64,000 nt of DNA from Clostridiaceae bacterium (lineage in GTDB: Bacteria > Bacillota > Clostridia > DSM-8532). A model generated the notes under the pieces. The model had not been told where the DNA came from, did no database searches, and worked only from the letters and a program-made list of their open reading frames with translations. The stretch covers positions 2,535-66,534 of the forward strand of contig JAAYNA010000065.1 in NCBI GenBank assembly GCA_012521105.1, written 5' to 3'. How positions within the stretch are numbered: the first letter of the stretch is position 1; each line of letters opens with the position of its first letter. The position numbers and the translations under genes are program-made. Positions 49,009 through 59,121 of this stretch are shown piece by piece.

Positions 49009-50451
49009 ATGGAATATGAAGTTGTTATCGGCTTGGAAGTTCATGCCGAGCTTACTACGAATTCAAAAATATACTGTAACTGTGCAACAAGGTTCGGTGG
49101 AGAACCAAATACCCGGTGCTGCCCTGTTTGTACAGGCATGCCCGGAGCTTTGCCTGTTCTGAACAAAAAAGTAGTGGAGTATGCCGTAAAAGCAGGTCTG
49201 GCAACAAACTGCAGCATAACGAGATATTCAAGACAGGACAGAAAAAATTACTTCTACCCTGATTTGCCAAAAGCTTACCAAACCTCACAACAAGACAGGC
49301 CTTTGTGTACCAATGGCTATCTGGAAATAGAGGTTGATGGGCTTTTAAAAAAGGTTGGAATTCATAGGATTCATATAGAAGAAGATGCTGGAAAACTTAT
49401 TCACAACGAATCCGGTAACAACACCCTGATAGATTATAACCGCTGCGGCGTGCCTTTAATTGAGATTGTAACCAGACCTGAACTCAATTCTTCAGCAGAA
49501 GTTAAAGTGTTTATTGAAAAGTTAAAAGCCATACTTGAGTACACAGAAGTTTCAGACTGTAAAATGCAGGAAGGCTCACTGCGGGTAGATATAAATTTGT
49601 CGGTAAGGCCAAAGGGCGAAAGTACTTTGGGAAATCGTACCGAAATAAAGAATCTGAACTCGATTAGTGCAATTGTCAGAGCCATAGAATATGAAGCAAA
49701 AAGACAAATTGATGAAGTGAAAAAGGGCAGAAAAATTATCCAGGAAACAAGAAGATGGGATGATGAAAAAGGTGTAAGTTTTCCGATGAGAGAAAAGAAC
49801 GAAACCGTTGATTACAGATTTTTTCCTGAACCTGATTTATGCCCTATAATTATTGATGAAGCCTGGTTAAATGAAATTAAATCATCTGTCCCTGAACTGC
49901 CTGACGAAAGAAAAAACCGCATTATTGCAGAATACAAACTACCTGAATATGACGCGAATTTCATTACAGGTTCGAAGACATTAGCAGACTATTTTGAAAA
50001 GGCGGCATGTAAAAGCAAAAATCCTAAAGCAATAAGCAATTGGTTAATGGGCGACCTTTCGAAAAAGTTAAAGGAGAATAATGTTGAAATAACAAATATA
50101 CCGGTCACCCCCGAAAACCTTGCGAAACTTGTTGAGTTTATAGATTCGGGTGTTATAAGTGGTAAAATAGCTAAACAGGTATTTGAAATAATGTGGGTTA
50201 CAAGTGGGGATCCCGCTGAAATTATAGAGAACAAAGGACTTAGGGTTATAAACGATGCAGACGAAATCAGAAAGGTGGTTATAAAAGTTTTTGAAGAGAA
50301 CCCGAAAGCAATAGAAGATATTAGAAAAGGGAAAGAAAAATCAATCGGATTTTTAATAGGTCAGGTTATGCGTAAGACTAACGGAAAAGCAGCCCCGGAT
50401 ATTGCTAATCAGCTGATTCGCAAGGAACTGGATCGGTATTTCGATTCTTAG
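49009..50451 (+). CDS. gatB: Asp/Glu-tRNA amidotransferase subunit B
   Basis: VIGLEVHAEL, RKNYFYPDLPKAYQ, HIEEDAGK, PLIEIV, RTEIKNLNS, DYRFFPEPDL and a YqeY tail. Start could be 48973 or 49009. Confidence 0.95.
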   Translation: MEYEVVIGLEVHAELTTNSKIYCNCATRFGGEPNTRCCPVCTGMPGALPVLNKKVVEYAVKAGLATNCSITRYSRQDRKNYFYPDLPKAYQTSQQDRPLCTNGYLEIEVDGLLKKVGIHRIHIEEDAGKLIHNESGNNTLIDYNRCGVPLIEIVTRPELNSSAEVKVFIEKLKAILEYTEVSDCKMQEGSLRVDINLSVRPKGESTLGNRTEIKNLNSISAIVRAIEYEAKRQIDEVKKGRKIIQETRRWDDEKGVSFPMREKNETVDYRFFPEPDLCPIIIDEAWLNEIKSSVPELPDERKNRIIAEYKLPEYDANFITGSKTLADYFEKAACKSKNPKAISNWLMGDLSKKLKENNVEITNIPVTPENLAKLVEFIDSGVISGKIAKQVFEIMWVTSGDPAEIIENKGLRVINDADEIRKVVIKVFEENPKAIEDIRKGKEKSIGFLIGQVMRKTNGKAAPDIANQLIRKELDRYFDS

Positions 50452-50496
50452 AAATATCGGTCAGGGTAATCGTATATCCTTGAATACATAAAACTC

Positions 50497-51132
50497 TTAA
50501 ATGTTTTTTTCCAGCTTATTAACTGAAGATTTATAAAAGAAGTATGCAAAAAATATGTATCCCGAAGCTTTAAATATCAACGAGACAATAACTGCTGCAT
50601 TTAAAGTGTTAATTCTTGGTATCAGTAATGAAGCACAGAGAGAGATTATGCCTGAATATAGAACCAGATAGAAATATCTTTTTTTCAGCATACATAAAAT
50701 AATAACCGCGAAAATAATTCCAATATAAACAAACAGACCTGCATTAAGTATAACGTGTTTATGTGAAATACCGAAGCTCAGATTTGAAACTGCAATAATA
50801 AGAGGGAAAGTATAAAGCAGAATATTAATTAAAGAACTTAAATCTTTGTTATTTTTAAAGGCAAGGATTATTAAAACAGCGGTTATAAGGAAAAATTCCG
50901 AAAAGAAAATGTAGGATTCTGACAACGATGTATTAAGCGTTAAAAATGACATAACACAGAGAATTAACGGCGTTAAAAACGAGGTGCCGAAGTTTTTAAC
51001 GAAAGGGTCATGTCTTATTGTCAGTGATGACAAATATATATATGCGGAAAAAATCAGAACAATCAGTAGGTGTATCTGGTTTTCAAGCCGAATATAATAC
51101 AATTCAACATTCCCCCAAGTTTTTTCATACAT
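50497..51132 (-). CDS. Hypothetical multi-pass membrane protein
   Basis: Six or seven hydrophobic segments; no family recognised. Confidence 0.6.
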   Translation of the reverse strand: MYEKTWGNVELYYIRLENQIHLLIVLIFSAYIYLSSLTIRHDPFVKNFGTSFLTPLILCVMSFLTLNTSLSESYIFFSEFFLITAVLIILAFKNNKDLSSLINILLYTFPLIIAVSNLSFGISHKHVILNAGLFVYIGIIFAVIILCMLKKRYFYLVLYSGIISLCASLLIPRINTLNAAVIVSLIFKASGYIFFAYFFYKSSVNKLEKNI

Positions 51133-51343
51133 TTAAAACTAAATTACCCCTACTATATACTATATCGGGAAAAGTTAGCTTTTTCAAAATTAATTAAAAA
51201 TTTTTCTGTATAATTATAAGATGGAACGCCGAATGTATTTACTATATAAAAATGGGTATGAATATAACGGATACTGAAATTGCTAAGCAAACTACTTTGG
51301 CTGTAGTGGCAATAAATCCTGAAAAAGAAAGGATGAAAGAAAA

Positions 51344-52654
51344 GTGAAAAGAGAAGAAAACTCTTCTTCGGTAATTGAACTCGGTCAAAAACACGGAATT
51401 TCCTTTTTCCATGTAAAATCAGAAAAATTTAAAACAGCCAGGATTGATATTTTTGTTTTAGATCCTCTGAATGAAGCAAACGCTACTCAGAACGCATTAA
51501 TTCCTTTTATTTTGAAAAGAGGATGCAGGCGTTACCCAACACAACAGGAGCTTTCTTTAAAACTTGAGGAGTTATACGGGGCGGGTATTAATGTTGCAGT
51601 ATACAAGAAGGGTGAGTACCAGTTAATTCATCTGAATGCCGGGTTTGTTTCCGACAGGTTTACTGTAAACGGTACAAAGCTTTTCGAAAAAGTGGGCGGA
51701 CTGTTACTCGAGATTTTAACCGATCCTGTTACTGAAAATGGAATGTTTATCAACGACTATTTTGAGCAGGAACGGGAAAACCTTATTCAGAGAATTCGCA
51801 GCCGCGTAAACAATAAAATGTATTATGCATTTCAAAGGTGCATGGAGGAAATGTGCAAAGATGAACCCTTTGCAGTTTATGAAGATGGGGATGAGGAAAG
51901 TGCAAAGGCTTTAACAAATGACCGCCTTATGGTACGTTACAAGGAGCTATTATCCCATAACCCCGTTTTTGTGTATATATCCGGTAATGTCAGTGAATTA
52001 GAGCTGAGAAATTTCATCGAAAAATTTGAAGTAATTGAAAGGAGTAACATAGTATCCCTTCCAAAGATACAGGTTAAAAAGGAAATAAAAGAGGTACGGC
52101 GGATAGAAGAACCAATGGACGTCAGCCAGGGAAAACTCTGTATTGGATTCAGGACCCAGATTGAAGCAAACAGCCCTGAGTATTATCCTGTTGTTATTTA
52201 CAACGGAATTCTTGGTGGAGGAGTTCAGTCAAAATTATTTCAAAATGTAAGAGAAAAGGAAAGCCTTGCTTATTCTGCATTTTCGAGTCTTGAAAAGTTT
52301 AAGGGCCTGCTTGTTGCCGTAAGTGGAATTGAAATCTCAGAACGGGAAAGGGCTGAAAGGATAATGATGGAGCAGGTTAAAGCCATTGAAAATGGTGATA
52401 TAACTGATTACGAGATGGAGGCTACAAAAAAAAGTTTTATTACGGGCCTGAAATCAATGCAGGACAGCCAGGGTGCCATGGTAGATTTCTACCTCAGCCA
52501 GTATTTGTCTGGAGAAAATGACAGTGTTAATTCTTTTATTGATAAGCTTTTGGCGGTAACAAAGGAAGATGTTATAAGGGTATCTAAAAAAATATCCCAG
52601 GATACCGTATACTTTTTAACGTCTCTGTCAGGTGAAGGGGAAAGGAGAGAATAA
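51344..52654 (+). CDS. ymfF: M16-family inactive subunit, YmfF/YfmF-like
   Basis: SEKFKT, LEELYGA, GGGVQSKLFQNVREKESLAYS; no HxxEH; paired with ymfH. Confidence 0.8.
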   Translation: MKREENSSSVIELGQKHGISFFHVKSEKFKTARIDIFVLDPLNEANATQNALIPFILKRGCRRYPTQQELSLKLEELYGAGINVAVYKKGEYQLIHLNAGFVSDRFTVNGTKLFEKVGGLLLEILTDPVTENGMFINDYFEQERENLIQRIRSRVNNKMYYAFQRCMEEMCKDEPFAVYEDGDEESAKALTNDRLMVRYKELLSHNPVFVYISGNVSELELRNFIEKFEVIERSNIVSLPKIQVKKEIKEVRRIEEPMDVSQGKLCIGFRTQIEANSPEYYPVVIYNGILGGGVQSKLFQNVREKESLAYSAFSSLEKFKGLLVAVSGIEISERERAERIMMEQVKAIENGDITDYEMEATKKSFITGLKSMQDSQGAMVDFYLSQYLSGENDSVNSFIDKLLAVTKEDVIRVSKKISQDTVYFLTSLSGEGERRE

Positions 52655-52656
52655 AG

Positions 52657-53934
52657 TTGAAAACGTTAGAGTTCAACCGAATACAGGAAAAAATATTTAT
52701 ACATGAGCACTCAAGCGGATTAAAAGTTTTTGTGATTCCCAAAAAAGGCTATAACAAAATTTACTCGGCATTTGCCACCTATTATGGTTCTATTAACAAT
52801 ACTTTTATTGCACCTGATGAGGAAGAAGAAACCAGGGTACCGGATGGTATTGCCCATTTTCTGGAGCATAAACTTTTCGAGCAGAAAGATGGCAGTGTGA
52901 TGGATAAATTCTCAAGATTAGGAGCAGATTCTAACGCCTATACCTCCTTTACCCAGACGGTGTACCTTTTTTCATGTACCGACCAGTTTAATGAAAATTT
53001 CAGGCTTCTTATTGACTTTGTTCAAAGTCCTTATCTGACCGATGAAAATGTTGAAAAAGAAAAGGGGATCATCAGCCAGGAAATTAAGATGTATAATGAC
53101 AATGCCAACTGGAGAGTATTTTTTAACCTGCTCAATGCCATATACGTGAACCACCCGGTGTCAATAGATATTGCAGGTACGGTAGAAAGTATCTCAAAAA
53201 TTACGAAAGAAACATTATATAAATGCTATAATACTTTTTATCATCCTTCAAACATGATAATAGTTACAGTGGGGGATATTGAGCCCGGGTCTGTCTTTAA
53301 CATGGTTGAACAGGGTATAAAAGCGAAAGAGAATCCCGGCAGTATAAGAAAAACTTTTCCGGAGGAACCACCGCACCATAACAAAAAGTATATTGAGAAA
53401 ACTCTTGCCGTAGCGATGCCCCAGTTTAATATGGGCATCAAAGACAACTCCTATGTTTCAGGTTATGAACTGTTAAAAAGAAAAGTAGCTCTTGAAATTG
53501 TTCTTTCAATGTTGATGGGCAGAAGCTCGGTATTATATAATCAATTATACAATGAGGGTCTAATAAACCAGAGTTTCGGAATGGAGGCAAGCCTTGAGGA
53601 ATCCTTCGGATATACTGTTTGGGGTGGTCAGTCAAAAGACCCTGAAAGGGTATCTGAAAGAATAATTGCTGCCATAAGTAAGGCGCAGAAAGACGGGCTT
53701 GATAAAAAAAGCTTTGATCGCATTAAAAAAGCTCATGAAGGCAGATTTATCGGAAGTTTGAATTCTCCTGAAAACATCTCTCATGAATTTATACCGTTGT
53801 ACTTTAAAGGTGCATACTTTTTTGAACTTACAAAGGTGTACGAGGAACTTACAATAGATGATGCAGAAGAGATATTCAGAGATCATTTTTCTATTGAGCC
53901 GGCTTTATCAATTATTTGGCCTATGAAAACTTAA
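52657..53934 (+). CDS. ymfH: M16-family zinc peptidase, YmfH/YfmH-like
   Basis: PDGIAHFLEHKLFE, NAYTSF, VEKEKGIISQEI. Confidence 0.88.
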   Translation: MKTLEFNRIQEKIFIHEHSSGLKVFVIPKKGYNKIYSAFATYYGSINNTFIAPDEEEETRVPDGIAHFLEHKLFEQKDGSVMDKFSRLGADSNAYTSFTQTVYLFSCTDQFNENFRLLIDFVQSPYLTDENVEKEKGIISQEIKMYNDNANWRVFFNLLNAIYVNHPVSIDIAGTVESISKITKETLYKCYNTFYHPSNMIIVTVGDIEPGSVFNMVEQGIKAKENPGSIRKTFPEEPPHHNKKYIEKTLAVAMPQFNMGIKDNSYVSGYELLKRKVALEIVLSMLMGRSSVLYNQLYNEGLINQSFGMEASLEESFGYTVWGGQSKDPERVSERIIAAISKAQKDGLDKKSFDRIKKAHEGRFIGSLNSPENISHEFIPLYFKGAYFFELTKVYEELTIDDAEEIFRDHFSIEPALSIIWPMKT

Positions 53935-54124
53935 GCTGGTAATAGATAGGGTGTATACAACTTTCAAGGGGGCTGGAATATTTGACCTTTCGTCAAACTT
54001 TATTGTAAAAAACTCGTAAGTACTGTATAGAAACCAAAAATGTGTTACTATTTTGACTAGAACAATTTTAAATATCATATTATAGTATCCTTATTAGCAT
54101 ATATAAGAAATGTGAGGGATAAGT

Positions 54125-55171
54125 ATGCATAATATTAGTTTTCCAAAACTGGGCCTTGAAATCAATTTAGACCCGGAGGTGTTTTCTCTCGGACCGATAA
54201 CTGTTTACTGGTATGGCATAATTACTGCACTGGCATTCCTTGTTATCATAATTGGTATACTGAAAAACAGCGAAAAATACGGTCTTAAACAGGACGACCT
54301 CATTGATCTCATGCTTATAACCACACCCATTGGCATTATATGCGCGCGGATTTTTTATGTCCTTGTGAATTGGGATTTTTATAAAAACAACCTGAGTGAA
54401 GTTTATAAAATATGGCATGGCGGTCTTGCTATATATGGCGGAATTATTGGCGGTATTATTACTATTTATTTATTCTGCAGGGCAAGGAAAATAAGCACCT
54501 TGAAATTGCTGGATCATATTGTTGTGTATCTTGTTCTTGGACAGGTTATTGGAAGATGGGGCAATTTCGTTAACCAGGAACTTTTCGGCCCAAATACAGA
54601 TCTGCCATGGGGAATGACCGGAGATATCATTCAGAGGACCATAGCCAATTCTCCATCACAGTTCCCCGGTGTGGATCCGGATTTGCCCGTTCATCCGCTT
54701 TTTTTATACGAATCCTTATGGAATCTGGTTGCATTTTTTGTACTGATTTGGTTTAGAAAACGAAAAAAGATGGATGGGGAAGTATTTTCTCTGTATATGA
54801 TTTCATATGGTATGGCCAGGTTTGCTATAGACAGTCTTCGTTTTGATTTGAAGGTTGGAGATGTAAATGTAAACCGGGTAATCGGCATTCTTTTTGCCGT
54901 TGCATTTATAATAGTTCTCATAGTACGGCGTGTCCGCCAAAAAGATGTTGCAGACAGTGAAGAAGTATATGAACCCAGTATATACAGAGATATTTTAACT
55001 GAAATAGAGGACAAGTCCTTGGACAGCGGAGACGAAGATTCAGAAATGAGGCCCCGTACCAATGCAAACGATGATAATAACAATCCGGATGCAGGGAACG
55101 GGGCAGATGAGCAAGAATCAGAAGGTGTGGTAAAAGCTGAAGAACCTGAAAATTCTCGAAACGCAGAATAA
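54125..55171 (+). CDS. lgt: Prolipoprotein diacylglyceryl transferase with an acidic C-terminal tail
   Basis: VYWYGII, IWHGGLAIYGG, GRWGNFVNQE, HPLFLYES. Confidence 0.95.
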   Translation: MHNISFPKLGLEINLDPEVFSLGPITVYWYGIITALAFLVIIIGILKNSEKYGLKQDDLIDLMLITTPIGIICARIFYVLVNWDFYKNNLSEVYKIWHGGLAIYGGIIGGIITIYLFCRARKISTLKLLDHIVVYLVLGQVIGRWGNFVNQELFGPNTDLPWGMTGDIIQRTIANSPSQFPGVDPDLPVHPLFLYESLWNLVAFFVLIWFRKRKKMDGEVFSLYMISYGMARFAIDSLRFDLKVGDVNVNRVIGILFAVAFIIVLIVRRVRQKDVADSEEVYEPSIYRDILTEIEDKSLDSGDEDSEMRPRTNANDDNNNPDAGNGADEQESEGVVKAEEPENSRNAE

Positions 55172-55278
55172 CTTGATGATACTGAAAAAACCTGAGCTTG
55201 AGGGAATCCCCGAGGCGCGGCAGGTATCGAAGAAACAAACCAATATATATAAATATTATTATTAGGGAAGGTTAATTC

Positions 55279-56406
55279 ATGCTTCATGTAGAAAAGAGTC
55301 AGGGATTAAACAGAATAAAGCACTACGACTGGATTATGGCAATACTTACAGCAGCCTTGTGTTCTTTCGGGCTGATAGTAATTGCAAGTGTATCGAAACA
55401 GTTGAACAGTCCTGGACTTTTATTAAAACAGGGCATTGGTGTTGCTTTAGGCACTGTGGCAATGGTAATCCTCAGCCTTTTGGACTACAAGGACTTCAGA
55501 ATGCTGGGTTATGTTGCCTATGCTTTTTCAACGCTTCTTTTGGTTCTTGTTCTTTTTATTGGTGAAGGATATGAAGAAACCGGTACCAGGGGGTGGCTTG
55601 TATTAGGACCGGTATCCTATCAACCTTCCGAACTTGGAAAAATTACTTTTGTCCTTATAGTTGCGTTGTATTTAGAGCGTATTGTTACGAAAACCGGGAA
55701 ATACAATTACATAAAACTGATTTTCTTTGCTGCATTGCCAATCGCCCTTGTGCTTTTGCAGCCTGATATTGGCACAAGTCTGGTTTATGTATTTATTTTT
55801 ATGTGCATGATCTTTTTTGCCGGAATACCGTACAAATACATTTTTGCCGCGGCAGGGGCGGGAATTGTTTCTCTGCTTGTATTTTACTTTTCGGGTTTAT
55901 ACAGCCGCCTCCCTGAACACCTTTTAGACCGTTTTTACAGTTTTTTCAACAAGGATGCCGATCCGTTAGGGAAAAACTATCAGGTGAGACTTGCAATACA
56001 ATATGCCGGGTCGGGTCAGTTATGGGGACGTGGCTGGGGAAAAGGAATGGCAGCCGAGACTGTACCTTACTCATGGACCGATTTTATTTTTTCTGTTGTA
56101 GCAGAAGAGTTTGGTTTTTTCGGTGCTGCTGTTTTAATTATTTTGTTTCTTGCATTTTTTGCAAGATGCATTTATATAGCATGGTATGCCCGTGACAAAT
56201 ATGGCTCTTTTGTGGTAATGGGTATAGTAGCCATGATTTTTGCACACTTTATGGAGAATATAGGAATGAACATAGGGCTTCTTCCTGTTACCGGAATACC
56301 TCTGCCATTTATAAGTTATGGTGTCAGTTCGGTAACAACGAACCTTTTAGCCGTAGGTATTATTTTAAGCATTTCGCTTAGGAAAAAAAGACCAATGTTT
56401 GAGTAA
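55279..56406 (+). CDS. rodA: SEDS-family peptidoglycan glycosyltransferase (RodA/FtsW)
   Basis: YQPSELGK, LQPDIGT, WTDFIFSVVAEEFG, VTGIPLPFISYG. RodA vs FtsW is not certain. Confidence 0.8.
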   Translation: MLHVEKSQGLNRIKHYDWIMAILTAALCSFGLIVIASVSKQLNSPGLLLKQGIGVALGTVAMVILSLLDYKDFRMLGYVAYAFSTLLLVLVLFIGEGYEETGTRGWLVLGPVSYQPSELGKITFVLIVALYLERIVTKTGKYNYIKLIFFAALPIALVLLQPDIGTSLVYVFIFMCMIFFAGIPYKYIFAAAGAGIVSLLVFYFSGLYSRLPEHLLDRFYSFFNKDADPLGKNYQVRLAIQYAGSGQLWGRGWGKGMAAETVPYSWTDFIFSVVAEEFGFFGAAVLIILFLAFFARCIYIAWYARDKYGSFVVMGIVAMIFAHFMENIGMNIGLLPVTGIPLPFISYGVSSVTTNLLAVGIILSISLRKKRPMFE

Positions 56407-56527
56407 CATTTGTGTTACAAATATTAAATTTATATTACAAAATATTATTTCTACTAAACAAATACTTTTATTATTTATAAGTATAGTATGATATGATTTA
56501 TTAAATACAATATATTGTGTTTTTTCA

Positions 56528-56562
56528 AGGCACCTCAGTTCCTTTAAGGAGCAGAGGTGCCT
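56528..56562 (+). terminator. Terminator-like hairpin between rodA and the mraZ promoter
   Basis: AGGCACCTC...GAGGTGCCT followed by T-rich sequence. Confidence 0.7.
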
Positions 56563-56631
56563 GTTATTTTTATTTTACATTTTACTCCAGGGTTGACTAG
56601 TAGTTTAATTTTGGAGTAAAATATAAACTAA

Positions 56632-56657
56632 GTGGTGGGAAGTGGGGGAAAGTGGAG
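56632..56657 (+). promoter_or_regulatory. MraZ operator: three GTGG repeats at 10-bp period
   Basis: GTGGTG-GGAA-GTGGGG-GAAA-GTGGAG, downstream of TTGACT-18-TAAAAT (56593-56622). Confidence 0.85.
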
Positions 56658-56683
56658 GATAAATTCTAATATTAAGAAAAGAG

Positions 56684-57115
56684 GTGAAAACGGTGCTAAT
56701 CGGTAAATACACCAATACATTAGACCCGAAGGGCAGGGTAATAATACCGGCAGCATTTCGTTATGACCTCAAGGAAAAGTTTATCCTCACAAAGGGAATA
56801 GAAAAATGTCTTTACATATACCCTGAAGAAGAATGGATCGACTTGGTTGAAAGATTAAAAAAGGCAATGCCTTCTTCCAAAGAAGCAAACCGTAAAGCAT
56901 TAAGGTTTTTTTCCTCCAATGCCACTGAATGCGAATTGGATAAACAGGGTAGAATATTAATACCTCAGCATCTTAGAGAACATGCATCTTTGAATAAGGA
57001 ACTGCTGTTTGTAGGCAGTTTAAATAAAGTAGAAATCTGGAGTCCTGACCTATATGAAGATGCAGATGCGGAAGAAGTTGGAGCCATGCTGGAAGAGATG
57101 GACATAGAGTTTTAA
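56684..57115 (+). CDS. mraZ: Transcriptional regulator MraZ
   Basis: LDPKGRVIIP, ELDKQGRILIP, VEIWS. Confidence 0.95.
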   Translation: MKTVLIGKYTNTLDPKGRVIIPAAFRYDLKEKFILTKGIEKCLYIYPEEEWIDLVERLKKAMPSSKEANRKALRFFSSNATECELDKQGRILIPQHLREHASLNKELLFVGSLNKVEIWSPDLYEDADAEEVGAMLEEMDIEF

Positions 57116-57130
57116 TTTTGGGAATGTAAA

Positions 57131-58072
57131 ATGGAATTTTCACATGAACCGGTTTTACTGAAAGAATGTATAGAAGGCTTGAATATACGTGCTGATGGAG
57201 TGTATGTTGATTGCACCATCGGAGGTGCGGGTCATTCGGTGGAAATCTTAAAGAGGTTGGGACCCGAGGGCCTGCTGATTGGCATAGATCAGGACAGGGA
57301 AGCCCTTGAGGCTGCTGAAGCAAAACTTAAAAAAGTAGACAGCAAAGGAAACTTTATTACAATACATGAGAACTTTGAAAATATAAGACGAATACTTGAA
57401 GCACAAAAGATAAAATGGGCAGATGGCATACTTATTGATCTTGGAGTATCATCCTACCAGTTGGACACCGATGAAAGGGGTTTTAAATACCTCAGTGATG
57501 CCCCGCTGGACATGAGAATGAACCAGGATTGTGAATTTACAGCAAAAGAACTTGTTAATACCTGGTCCGAGAACGATATTGCAAGAATCATCAGAGACTA
57601 CGGGGAAGAAAAATGGGCGGCACGAATTGCAAAGTTTATATGCAAAGCCAGGGAACATTATGTAATTGAAACAACATCGCAACTGGTAGACATCGTAAAG
57701 GCTGCTATACCGGCATCAGCAAGAAGGGAAAGACAGCATCCTGCCAAAAGAACTTTTCAGGCAATACGCATAGCAGTTAACAGAGAGCTTGAAGTTTTAG
57801 AGTCAGTACTGCCTAAGATGCTTGAAAGTCTTAACAGTGGTGGCAGGTTGTGTGTCATAACTTTTCACTCGCTTGAGGACAGAATTGTAAAACAGTTTAT
57901 CCGTGACAGGTCAGGGCGCTGTAAATGCCCGCCCGGCTTTCCGAAATGTGTGTGCAATGCGGTACGGGAGCTGAAAGCAATTACATCAAAACCCATAGCA
58001 CCTTCGGAAGAAGAGCTTAGACGAAATCACAGAGCACGCAGTGCAAAACTACGAATTATTGAAAAAATTTAA
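57131..58072 (+). CDS. rsmH: 16S rRNA m4C1402 methyltransferase
   Basis: HEPVLLKE, DCTIGGAGHS, DLGVSSYQLD, PLDMRM, ITFHSLEDRIVK, RARSAKLR. Confidence 0.97.
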   Translation: MEFSHEPVLLKECIEGLNIRADGVYVDCTIGGAGHSVEILKRLGPEGLLIGIDQDREALEAAEAKLKKVDSKGNFITIHENFENIRRILEAQKIKWADGILIDLGVSSYQLDTDERGFKYLSDAPLDMRMNQDCEFTAKELVNTWSENDIARIIRDYGEEKWAARIAKFICKAREHYVIETTSQLVDIVKAAIPASARRERQHPAKRTFQAIRIAVNRELEVLESVLPKMLESLNSGGRLCVITFHSLEDRIVKQFIRDRSGRCKCPPGFPKCVCNAVRELKAITSKPIAPSEEELRRNHRARSAKLRIIEKI

Positions 58073-58105
58073 TTAATACAATGCAAAGGATGAAGAGATT
58101 AATGC

Positions 58106-58329
58106 ACAAAAGATAAAATTATCCGGCTACAAAGGAAAAGACCAAAAGTTACAAAAGATATCCAAAATATTCGCTTTAAATTTATATACAGTGAATATAG
58201 AATACAAAAGATTAATTATTTAGCTACAAAAGAATTATATATTTACTAATGATAAGAAATAAAATATTACAATTTACAAAAGAAAAAAACAAAGAATACA
58301 AAAGAAATAAATAAAAATACCACAAAAGA
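58106..58329 (+). repeat. Same-strand array of the octamer ACAAAAGA in the rsmH-ftsL spacer
   Basis: Exact copies at 58106, 58151, 58204, 58226, 58276, 58298 and 58322, plus near-copies at about 58129, 58142 and 58289. Confidence 0.8.
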
Positions 58330-58448
58330 TAAACCAAATTTTGTAAGAGTTTTTTATATTTAGGTTAATTCCCGCGGCCAATATTAATCTTGGCCCGGGA
58401 GTCTATTGTTTTAAAGAACTCGTTCCGGGGAAAAAGGGGTGAAAATAA

Positions 58449-58940
58449 ATGAAATACAGATATAATTACGTTTATGGCTCAGCGGCTCCGAAACTTAATG
58501 AGCAACCATATCAACAGAAAAGGAAAAGTACCAGAAGAAAAACTACCCCTGCGCCCAAAGTGGTTATAAAACCCGAAATAGAGTCATTTCCTTTGACACA
58601 AATGATTATCTGTATAATAATTGTATTTGCTGTTTTTTCCACCATTATCTACAGATACAGTACCATAACAGAAATGAACTATGCACTTTCTGCTTTAAAC
58701 AAGGAATATGAATCCTTAAAGGACAGTAACCGTAAGCTTCAGGTTAGTATTGGCTCAAAAATAAACCAGGAAAATATCAGAAAAATCGCCGAAGAGCGTT
58801 TGAATATGAAAATGCCTGACAGTTATCAGAAAATACCCGTAAAGGTTCAGAAAGTTAATTACAGTACACTTAATATTGAAGCGCAGGAAGCGAAAAATAG
58901 CACATTAAAAGCTTTGCTATTGTTTTTTGGTTTTGAATAA
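58449..58940 (+). CDS. ftsL: FtsL-like cell division protein
   Basis: YGSAAPK N-terminus, one TM helix, coiled coil, IRKIAEERLNM; lies between rsmH and a class B PBP. Confidence 0.75.
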   Translation: MKYRYNYVYGSAAPKLNEQPYQQKRKSTRRKTTPAPKVVIKPEIESFPLTQMIICIIIVFAVFSTIIYRYSTITEMNYALSALNKEYESLKDSNRKLQVSIGSKINQENIRKIAEERLNMKMPDSYQKIPVKVQKVNYSTLNIEAQEAKNSTLKALLLFFGFE

Positions 58941-59121
58941 AATTTTGACATTTAAAGTATTGGAGTCAAGATGGGGGTATGTTCCGAATATATATTAAAT
59001 AAGAAAATCTGTGGGACAATGGATTGAATGGCAGAGGAACGAGTTTTCGTGAAGGCAGCAATCTATAGTCCTTTTTTATAATATAAAGCTTTTTATTGCC
59101 CGGTGTGAAGGTGGGGTTCAT

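Noticed and set aside
58106-58329. CRISPR array interpretation of the repeat region
   Set aside because: The repeat unit is only 8 bp, spacing is irregular, and no cas genes are present.
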